In this document: in pieces, positions 57,023 to 64,000 of the stretch | How positions within the stretch are numbered: the stretch's first letter is position 1 | Layout of the letters: every line of letters begins with the position of its first letter | Assembly: GCA_963734055.1 (NCBI GenBank) | Contig: CAVTFQ010000005.1 | Span: forward strand, 152,940 to 216,939 | Source of the DNA: an uncultured beta proteobacterium | Lineage (GTDB): Bacteria; Pseudomonadota; Gammaproteobacteria; Burkholderiales; Casimicrobiaceae | Length of the DNA stretch: 64,000 nucleotides | Direction of reading: 5' to 3' | Notes under the pieces: model-generated | Told to the model about the DNA's origin: nothing | The model's database searches: none | Seen by the model: only the letters and a program-made list of their open reading frames with translations | Made by a program: the position numbers and the translations under genes

Positions 57023-59698
57023 CTAGCTAGGAGCGGGAGCGCGGCCGGTCCCGTGGCGGGTCCCGGGCCGCTGGGCCGTGGGAAGGACACCGGACGGGCG
57101 GCGGCTCAGGTAGCGAAGCGCGAGTTCGACGGCCAAGCCGGCGGTCATCGCCGTGCCGTCGCGCTCAAACCGCTCGAAGTCATCGCCTAGCGCGAGGCGG
57201 CCAGCGTCGGCCAGCGCTAGCTCCTGCGACGACAGCAAGGCATCGAGCAACCGCTGGATCCTTGCACCCGCCCGATGCACCGTGCCGAGCAGCGTCGCGC
57301 CGTGGCTGAACTCGCTCTCCCGAAAACACAGCATAGCCACACTTCGCAGGCCTAGGGCCAGTTCCAACATGTCGTCCGACTGTGCATTGGACAGCAGCGA
57401 GGCCCGCAACAGAACCCGCGCCGCCGCGTGGTTCCCCCGGCCGGCCTCGATGTCGCCCAGGCATCGCAGGATCGAGCTCTCGATCATCGCTTCGCCGGCT
57501 TCTCTGGCCAGCCCCAGCGCCCGGCGGAGGTGACCTTCCGCGGTGTCGTCGGCTTCGATCATCGCAAGCACGCCCCGGTACAGCGTCGCTAGGGCCAGGT
57601 TCGGCCGGTGTCCGACCCGCGCGTAGCCGGCGAGCGCGAGTTCGAGGTGTTCGCGCGCGACCGCGGTCTGGCGCCTGGCCAACGCAACCCGGGCGATGCC
57701 GTAATGTGCATTCGCCGTCAGCTTGGCGTCGCGCGCGTCCGAAGCGAGGGATATCAGCCGCGAAAACTGACGTTGGGCGCCATCAAAGTCGCCAAGGACG
57801 TACGACAAGTGGCCGATGTCCGAAACCACCATCGCCTCGGCCGCCGGCATCCCCCGTTCCCTGAAGAGCGCCAGCGCTTCCTCGTAGAACGAAGCCGCCT
57901 GATCGAGGTTGCCGACGTAGGTTGACAGTGCGGCGGCTGCCCACAGTGTGCTCGCGATCGCAGCTGGGTCCGAGCCCGGGCGCCGACCGGCCAGCGCAAG
58001 CAGACAGGCCTGGAGCCCTTCCTGGCGATGCGAGCGACTTATCCAGTACAACCTGAGCGCCGCACAGAAGCGCAGCCCCGCCGCATGCCCATCCAACGAC
58101 TGCGAGGTGTATAGCAACGCTGCGTGGATGTTCTGGTGCTCAGTCTCGATCTCCTGAAACGACAGGCCCCAGTTCGCGGACGAGGCCGCTTGGGCGATGT
58201 GCTGCTTCTCCACCAGGGCCAAGAAGTGGTCGCGATGCTGGCGCCGGGCTTGCGAGGCCCGCTCGACGTCGGCCTCGAGTTGTTCGAGGCCAAATTCCCG
58301 AATCACCTCAAGCATGCCGAAGCGGGTGTGCGCCGCCCGGACGAAGCTCTTCCTGACCAGGCTCTCGATGGTGTCCAGATTGACGCCGAAGACCGCCTGG
58401 GCCGTCCCGTGGGTCCATCCGCCGGCAAATACCGCCAGCTGACAGAATGCCACGCGCTCGGCCGGGTCGAGCAATTCGTAGCTCCAGTGGACGGTCGCGC
58501 GCAGCGTGCGGTGTCGATCCGGCACGTCGTCGACTGAGGCGCTCAGGAAGTACAGGCGGCCCTCGAGCCGCGAAAGCAGGTCCGAAGGACCGAGCACCAC
58601 TGTCTTCGCAGCCGCGAGTTCGAGCGCCAGCGGCACATGTTCGACGCGCCTGCAGACGGCGACGACCGGTTTCGTCTTGTGTATGACAACGCCCGCCGCC
58701 CGCGCTCGGGCGCAGAACAGCGCGATCGCCTCGGACTCGGCAAGAGGCTCGACTGCAAAGCGCCATTCCGAGGTCACGCGCAGCGGCGAGCGGCTCGTCA
58801 CGATGATGACGAGGTTGCTGCATCGCCGGACCAAGTCGCCGACGAAGCCGGCAGCGCCCTGCAGATGCTCGAAGTTGTCGAGCACGAGCGCACATCGCCG
58901 CTGGCCGATGAACTGCACCAGTTCGCCATGTGCCCCGATCACTTTGGAGATCGCCTCGGGCACGAGTTGCGACTCGCCGATCGCCACAAGATCGATCCAC
59001 CACAGACCTTCCGGATAACGCGCTGCCCGGCGCCGCGCCAACTCCATGGCGAGTCGGGTCTTGCCGATACCGCCGGGGCCGGTCAAGGTCACCAAGCGAG
59101 CCCCATCGGTGTCCAAAATCCGATTGAGCGCGGCCAGCTCCCGGACTCGGCCGACAAAGGTCGTGGAGGTCGTCGGCAGGTTGGACCGTCCCAGGCTGGC
59201 GACGGGCGCGAAGGGCTTGGATCCGACCTGGTACAGATGGATCGGTTCGACGATGTCCTTGAGCTGGTGCAGGCCGAGGTCAGTGACATCGCAGCTAACC
59301 AGCTCGCGCGTGCTCCTTGATATCAGGATCTGTCCGCCATGGGCCGCAGCCGCAATGCGTGCCGCGCGATGCACGTCTATCCCTATGTACTCGCCACTCC
59401 ACCGCTCGGCATGGCCCGTGTGCATGCCAATCCTGACCTGGATCGGCTTGTCGTCCAGTTCAGCCTGGATCTGCCTGGCTGCGTCTACAGCGTCGAGCGC
59501 GCTTAAGAAGACGACGAAGAATCCATCGCCCGCGCAATGCACCTCTTGACCGCCTCGACGAACGAGCACCTCGCGCACCAGCTCCTGCGTCCGAATCAGC
59601 TCGTGCTGGCCGTCGCGCCCCTCATCCTGGATCAGCGCGGTCGATCCCTTGACGTCGGTGAACAGGAACGTGAGGGTTCCAGAGGGAAGTCCTGACAC
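57023..59698 (-). CDS. class III nucleotidyl cyclase domain - STAND/AAA NTPase - TPR-repeat protein
   Basis: 891 aa with cyclase motifs TLTFLFTDVKGST, CAGDGFFVVF, IRIGMHTGHAE and IGIDVHRAARIAAAAHGGQILIS. Walker A LTGPGGIGKTRLA, Walker B-like CALVLDNFEH, and ~450 aa of TPR-like helical repeats. GTG start with GGAG 7 nt upstream. Confidence 0.8.
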   Translation of the reverse strand: MSGLPSGTLTFLFTDVKGSTALIQDEGRDGQHELIRTQELVREVLVRRGGQEVHCAGDGFFVVFLSALDAVDAARQIQAELDDKPIQVRIGMHTGHAERWSGEYIGIDVHRAARIAAAAHGGQILISRSTRELVSCDVTDLGLHQLKDIVEPIHLYQVGSKPFAPVASLGRSNLPTTSTTFVGRVRELAALNRILDTDGARLVTLTGPGGIGKTRLAMELARRRAARYPEGLWWIDLVAIGESQLVPEAISKVIGAHGELVQFIGQRRCALVLDNFEHLQGAAGFVGDLVRRCSNLVIIVTSRSPLRVTSEWRFAVEPLAESEAIALFCARARAAGVVIHKTKPVVAVCRRVEHVPLALELAAAKTVVLGPSDLLSRLEGRLYFLSASVDDVPDRHRTLRATVHWSYELLDPAERVAFCQLAVFAGGWTHGTAQAVFGVNLDTIESLVRKSFVRAAHTRFGMLEVIREFGLEQLEADVERASQARRQHRDHFLALVEKQHIAQAASSANWGLSFQEIETEHQNIHAALLYTSQSLDGHAAGLRFCAALRLYWISRSHRQEGLQACLLALAGRRPGSDPAAIASTLWAAAALSTYVGNLDQAASFYEEALALFRERGMPAAEAMVVSDIGHLSYVLGDFDGAQRQFSRLISLASDARDAKLTANAHYGIARVALARRQTAVAREHLELALAGYARVGHRPNLALATLYRGVLAMIEADDTAEGHLRRALGLAREAGEAMIESSILRCLGDIEAGRGNHAAARVLLRASLLSNAQSDDMLELALGLRSVAMLCFRESEFSHGATLLGTVHRAGARIQRLLDALLSSQELALADAGRLALGDDFERFERDGTAMTAGLAVELALRYLSRRPSGVLPTAQRPGTRHGTGRAPAPS

Positions 59699-59782
59699 GG
59701 TTGGACTCCAGGGAGTTGGGGGCGTTCACGCCGCGCAGCGCGCCGGACCGGCGGGCAGTCGGGCACGGTCGCGCCGCCGCAG

Positions 59783-60049
59783 CTAAGCCCCTTGGGAAAG
59801 GCCGATCCAGATCTTCGGCATGTGGCCGCCCTCGTTGTCAAAGTTCCAGATCTGCGTCGACCACGCGTCGAGGTTGCGCAAGATCTCTTCGTTCGATGGT
59901 AGGTTGATGCCGCCAGGCGGAATCGATGCCGGATCGACCTTGATGCCAGCGGCGCCGAGAACGCCAACGGGATCGGCGATCAACTGGTCACGGTATTTTG
60001 CGTCGGTGGCGATTCGATACAGCAGGTCTCGGATCGTGGTCTGTTCCAT
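59783..60049 (-). CDS. 88-aa NHLP/Nif11-like candidate precursor peptide
   Basis: The leader-like helix TIRDLLYRIATDAKYRDQLIADPVGVLGAAGIKVDPASIP is followed by Gly-Gly at residues 46-47 and 74-75, and a C-terminal tail HMPKIWIGLSQGA. AAGGA lies 8 nt upstream of the ATG. Nested between the dehydrogenase and cyclase genes. Confidence 0.6.
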   Translation of the reverse strand: MEQTTIRDLLYRIATDAKYRDQLIADPVGVLGAAGIKVDPASIPPGGINLPSNEEILRNLDAWSTQIWNFDNEGGHMPKIWIGLSQGA

Positions 60050-60098
60050 GTGAACTATCCTTAGCGATCAGAAAGAGGGCGAAGAGACCGATCGGCCG

Positions 60099-61298
60099 CT
60101 AGGACCGGCGATCGACGACGAAGTCTTCGGTCTTGAACTGAAGCCGGTCGTCGTCCGCGTCCGGTATTCCCAATCCGTTGATGCCCACCGCGGCCTCGCG
60201 CAGCGGATCCAAGCCAAGGCGGTCGGCGATATCGCCGTCGTTGATCGCCGACGTGAAGAAGGCGCCCAGGCCAAGGTGCGTGGCCACGATGTACAGGGTC
60301 TGGCTCAGATGGCCTGCATCGAGCAGCACGGCCTTGTAAGCCTTCTTGTGCCCCGGGTACTTCCAGAAGTTGCGGTCGAACCGCGCGACTTGGATCAGCA
60401 AGGCATGGGCATCCGCGAAATATGCTTGGTTGGCCAAGAACAACCGCGCCAATTCGCGCGCCTGCGCAGCGTCCAGCGCCTCCAGCAACACAAGGCCATG
60501 CGAGTCGGCTTCGTAGTGGTACAGCCCCGGACACACAGACTCGACATTGAGAACCAAGACGAAGGCATCAAGCGGATGCATCGCCCCCGCCGAAGGACTA
60601 GTGCGTCTGATCGCGGAGATCTCGTCCGTGATCCGCCGGATTCCCTGGACCCCAAACACCGCGTGGAGCGCGTACTCCAGCGACCTCCGCGGAAGCGCAA
60701 CGTCGGTGCGGAATGCACGCGTGGTGCAACGCAGGCGCAGCCTGGCCAGCCAGTCGTCGCGCAGGTCCGGCATGTCGAGCACGATGCGATCCGGCCCGCG
60801 CGAGCGGTGTGGGAAATGCGTCGGCGGCATTCCCCGCTTCCTGATCATTGCTGTTAGCGACTCGCCGCCCTGTTCGTCGCCGGGCCGCTGTACCGTCGAA
60901 TCGATGCCGCGCCAACGAGTGTGCGCGTGAAAGACCCCTGCCAGGTCGTCCCACCAGGCCGCATCCATCCCGGCCTCCTGCTCGGCGAGCCGAGGCCAGC
61001 CCTCGCTCGGGGGGTCGGACATCAGGACACCCCGGCGCGCGAGTTCGAGCAGCCTGGGACGGATCGACGCGTCTCCGGCGGCGATCTCCTCGAGCGCCGT
61101 CCAGGCGTGCACACTGACGCGAGCCAAGAGCGGAACGTCGTCGGCATCAAAGGCGATTGCCTCGCCGGTGAGCGGGCACAGCAACTCGCAGCGCAACTCG
61201 GTGCGCAGTGACATCTCGCCGCGGAAGAAGCGCTCGAAGTCCAGAACGTATTCGTCCCGGATCCGGAAGGTGCAGTTTCTTCTTCGTCGCAGCCGCAT
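60099..61298 (-). CDS. SagB/ThcOx-type (nitroreductase-fold) dehydrogenase with a ~185-aa N-terminal extension
   Basis: RCTTRAFRTD, RRTSPSAGAMHPLD, CPGLYHYEADSHGLVLL, FWKYPGHKKAYKAVLLDAGHLSQTLYIVATHLGLGAFFTSAINDG. Confidence 0.8.
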   Translation of the reverse strand: MRLRRRRNCTFRIRDEYVLDFERFFRGEMSLRTELRCELLCPLTGEAIAFDADDVPLLARVSVHAWTALEEIAAGDASIRPRLLELARRGVLMSDPPSEGWPRLAEQEAGMDAAWWDDLAGVFHAHTRWRGIDSTVQRPGDEQGGESLTAMIRKRGMPPTHFPHRSRGPDRIVLDMPDLRDDWLARLRLRCTTRAFRTDVALPRRSLEYALHAVFGVQGIRRITDEISAIRRTSPSAGAMHPLDAFVLVLNVESVCPGLYHYEADSHGLVLLEALDAAQARELARLFLANQAYFADAHALLIQVARFDRNFWKYPGHKKAYKAVLLDAGHLSQTLYIVATHLGLGAFFTSAINDGDIADRLGLDPLREAAVGINGLGIPDADDDRLQFKTEDFVVDRRS

Positions 61299-61723
61299 CG
61301 CCGGTCGCCCCTCTGCTTGCTCAATATACTCCTAGCCCTGGTGACAGGGGCTTGCCGGTGCGTGGAATCGGGGTAGGTCCACAACGCCGCAGTATAGCCA
61401 CCGCAATGAACCATCGCGCTGAAGCGCCAACGACCGCTTCCATGCCTCGATTCCGATGCCTTGGGCGGCAGCAAGGGGTCGATCGCTCCATTTCCCCTGA
61501 CCGTAGCGAATGGCTCCTTCCCGCCTATGGAAGTGGTCAGCCAGGCGGCTCCCGTCAACGATAACTGATGGCCTATTCTGTTGAAAAACGTACGCGTCTT
61601 TCCGGCGACGATTTTGGGGGTATCAAACCATCACCTGATCGATTTGCGTGGCTCTGAGAGCGTTCTAGAGGGTCGACTTTTTCGAGGACGCTCAACTCCG
61701 GCACTGCAAACGAGTTTTTCAAC

Positions 61724-61758
61724 GTAAGCGTCAGCCCGAGGCCGTCTTGACGCTCAGA
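61724..61758. repeat. candidate terminal inverted repeat (tnpC-distal end) of the IS66-family element
   Basis: GTAAGCGTCAGCCCGAGG... begins with the GTAAG typical of IS66-family ends and reads inward toward tnpC. The partner end would lie beyond 64000. Confidence 0.35.
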
Positions 61759-61983
61759 GGGTAAGTCTCAGCGTTAATCGAACACTTTTTTGACATTGGT
61801 GTGTCATTGTCGAATCGTTTGCTGCATACCGTGAGCAGCAACACAAAAATAGTACAAACGGGTTTTGTAGAGGGAAATCATGACGCCTCGATCGTTTTTC
61901 GGCGGCTCAATACTCTCTTTGCAAGATCGGGGTGTTCGACTAACGCTGAGACTCAAGTGTTCGGTTAACGCTGAGACTTACCC
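61759..61983. mobile_element. 225-bp MITE with IS66-like ends
   Basis: 29-bp TIRs GGGTAAGTCTCAGCGTTAA(T/C)CGAACACTT (28/29). Direct repeat GCTCAGA (CGCTCAGA if one terminal base is reassigned) lies immediately outside both ends. AT-rich interior without an ORF, and a subterminal repeat TAACGCTGAGACT. Confidence 0.6.
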
Positions 61984-61985
61984 GC

Positions 61986-62579
61986 TCAGACCTTAAAGCG
62001 CCGTAGGCTCTCGTTGACTGCGGCAGGGTCGAAGGCCGCGGGATCGAAGGCGCCGCCGCACCACTCGAGCATGGCGTCGTGCTCTTCGTGGGCGGGGTCC
62101 CGGATCGCCGCGAGGAAGTCTTCGTATCCGGGTGGTCCGCCCACGTCCTCGGGCGGGCAGGCATTAGCTCCGTCCAGGCATTGCGGCAACTGCAGCGCAG
62201 GATCGGCCGGCAGAGTCTTCTCAACGCTGACCCGATGCTCCCAGCCGTCGCCGAAGTCGTAGAGGTAGATGAATGACTTGCGCGCGCCCAGGGCGACGGC
62301 GAGCGTGAACCGATCGTCGCGTTGCACCCGCGGCGGCGTGTCGAAGTCCGGATCGGGCTCGCCGTAGTGGTCGTGGCCGATCACGAACTCGTGCAGGTGT
62401 CCCCCAGCCCAGCCCATCGTCCAGAGCAGCACGGCGTGGAGCTTGTGCAGCTTGATCGACCCCGGTACCAGGACGCGCCGCCAGATCGTCGGGCTGACAT
62501 CGAGCAGCTCGATGCGCAGCTGGTAGATCGGAGCGGCGGTCTTGGTGGCGCGCAGTGGCGCCTTGCGCGCGACGGCCAT
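61986..62579 (-). CDS. plasmid pRiA4b ORF-3-like family protein (passenger ORF of the IS66-family element)
   Basis: IYQLRIELLDVSPTIWRRVLVP and YLYDFGDGWEHRV. ATG 62579 lies 3 nt after the transposase stop. Confidence 0.8.
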   Translation of the reverse strand: MAVARKAPLRATKTAAPIYQLRIELLDVSPTIWRRVLVPGSIKLHKLHAVLLWTMGWAGGHLHEFVIGHDHYGEPDPDFDTPPRVQRDDRFTLAVALGARKSFIYLYDFGDGWEHRVSVEKTLPADPALQLPQCLDGANACPPEDVGGPPGYEDFLAAIRDPAHEEHDAMLEWCGGAFDPAAFDPAAVNESLRRFKV

Positions 62580-62581
62580 CG

Positions 62582-64000
62582 TCAAGCGCAGTGCTGGGCG
62601 GGGATCTCCAGCGTCACCCGCCAGGGGAGCAACTCGCGGACACGGTGGATCGGATGGTCGGCAATCCGCTCGAGCACATGGCGCAGGTACAGGTACGGAT
62701 CGCGGTCGTTGAGTAGCGCCGTGCCGATCAGGCTGTAGATGCAGGCCGCGCGCTCGCCACCCGCGTCCGAGCCGGCAAACAGATAGTTGCGCCGCCCGAG
62801 GACCACCGGCCGGATCGAGCGCTCGGCGCTGTTGTTGTCGATCTCGATGCGACCGTCGTCACGATAGCGGGTGAGCGCGGGCCAGCGTACCAGCGCGTAC
62901 TTGATCGCCCCGGCCAGCTCCGACTTTGCCGACACCGTCTGCAGGGTGGCCGTGAGCCAGGCGTGGAAGGCGTCGAGCAGCGGCCCGGCGCGCTCCTGGC
63001 GGATACGGACCCGCAGCGCGGGGAGATGGCCCCGGAGGTCGCGCTCGATTGCGTACAGCGCACCGATGCGCTGCAACGCCTCGGTGGCGATCGGCGAGCG
63101 CTCCACCACGTAGAGGTCGTAAAACTTGCGTCGCGCGTGCGCCCAGCACGCCGCCTCCACGATCCCCCCAGCGTCGTAGAGCCGGGCGAAGCCACTGTAG
63201 GCGTCGGCCTGCAGGATGCCGCGGAAGTGGCGTAGGTGCGCGTGCGGATGCTCGCTCCTGCGGTCCGGCGAGTAGCGGTACCACACCGCCGGGGGATCAC
63301 GACTGGCCGCCGGCCGATCATCGCGCACGTACGTCCATAATCGCCCGGTCTTGGTCTTGCCACGTCCGGGGTCGAGCACTGGGACCGGGGTGTCGTCGGC
63401 GTGCACCTTCTCCGCCGCGCGTACATAGGTACCGATCGCCTCGACCAGCGGTTCGAGCAACTGGGCCGCGTGGCCGACCCATGCGGCCAGCGTCGCCCGG
63501 TCGAGGTCGACGCCGGAGCGTCGATAGATCCCCTGCTGCCGATACAACGGGCAATGATCGGCATACTTGGCCACGATGATTTGAGCCAGCAGGCCGGGCG
63601 CCGCCATCCCGCGATCGATCGGCCGCGACGGCGCCGGCTCCTGGATCACCCGGGCACAGCGGCCGCAGGAGAGCTTCGGCCGCACATGCCGAATGACTTT
63701 GAAGTAGCCTGGCACCAGGTCCAGCATCTCCGAAACATCCTCGCCCAGCGGGCGCATCGCGCCGCCGCAGTCGGGACACTCGCAGCTCACCGGCGCGTGC
63801 ACCACGGTCTCACGCGGCAGGTGCGCCGGAAACGCGCGCGGCGCGCGGCGGAACGGCAGCACGCGGTTCCGCACCGGAGCTTGCGTCGACTCCTCGGCCG
63901 GCAAGGCTTCCTGCGGTGGCTCCGCCGGCGGCGGTGCCGCCGGTAGATCCCCGAGGGCGAGCTGCAATTGCGCCAGCGCCGCGTCGAGCCGCTCCGAGGA
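62582..64000 (-). mobile_element. IS66-family transposase (TnpC), 5' end beyond the window
   Basis: Zn-finger CECPDCGG...CGRC, CPLYRQ, DDTPVPVL, GRLWTY, LQADAYSGF, CWAHARRKF, and IDNNSAERSIRP. The frame stays open to position 64000. Confidence 0.85.

Noticed and set aside
57023-59698. Pycsar/CBASS-type anti-phage signalling system centred on the cyclase gene.
   Set aside because: No cNMP- or cyclic-oligonucleotide-binding effector (TIR, patatin, TM, or endonuclease with a CARF/SAVED/cNMP domain) lies adjacent. The neighbours are a SagB-type enzyme and a leader-like peptide. I kept this only as an alternative hypothesis in the findings.
61575-61735. A short inverted match GTTGAAAAAC (61580-61589 vs 61712-61721) as possible additional element ends.
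   Set aside because: Only ~10 bp match, the sequence is AT-rich, and there is no flanking duplication. This is too weak to call.
55647-64000. A composite transposon formed by the two flanking IS elements around the peptide/cyclase cassette.
   Set aside because: The flanking elements belong to unrelated families (IS110 and IS66), so they cannot act as a matched pair. Their proximity supports an island context only.

Overview
This is a 64-kb, high-GC (roughly two-thirds G+C by eye) proteobacterial chromosomal window. Gene content looks beta-proteobacterium-like, but the taxon cannot be determined from the sequence alone. Positions 1 to ~54.2 kb are densely packed, mostly recognisable core and metabolic DNA. 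In order, this block holds: a Ser/Thr kinase with a PP2C phosphatase; yicC-gmk-rpoZ-spoT; a Csu/SCPU-type chaperone-usher pilus operon; amtB; an MscS-family channel; grxD; a 4-gene sugar-type ABC importer; a 2-hydroxyacid dehydrogenase; a MetE-like methyltransferase; cspA; a PEP-CTERM protein; and a phospholipase module (patatin lipoprotein, PlpD-like type Vd patatin autotransporter, DUF4105 protein). It continues with a hemerythrin-like gene; livFGMH plus a binding protein; a protocatechuate 4,5-cleavage (lig) cluster that lacks a recognisable OMA tautomerase and has a second, diverged LigAB-like dioxygenase pair and an alpha/beta hydrolase; a LysR regulator; a YdiJ-like FAD/Fe-S oxidoreductase; a class V aminotransferase; a TRAP transporter; an enoyl-CoA hydratase; and a family III CoA-transferase. 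From ~54.2 kb onward, composition and coding density change. This segment holds an apparently 5'-truncated XdhC-YHS gene, small orphan ORFs and an IS110-family element. It also holds an IS66-family element that runs off the window, carries a pRiA4b-ORF3-like passenger and has been hit by a 225-bp MITE. Between the two IS elements lies a three-gene cassette: a SagB-type dehydrogenase, an NHLP-like 88-aa peptide, and a nucleotidyl-cyclase/STAND/TPR protein. I rank this cassette as the most interesting, functionally uncharacterised system here. The non-coding structure includes a ~268-bp TIR-bounded MITE family (2 copies, both wedged at gene ends), a 23-nt perfect-palindrome REP family and GC-rich REP hairpins. 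It also includes an 86-bp direct repeat bracketing the 3.85-kb PlpD/DUF4105 segment and a duplicated LysR-type operator box in the lig cluster. I saw no rRNA, tRNA or CRISPR array. Start codons are inferred from sequence context only. The many long Arg/Ala/Pro-rich ORFs that overlap these genes in other frames are treated as high-GC artefacts.
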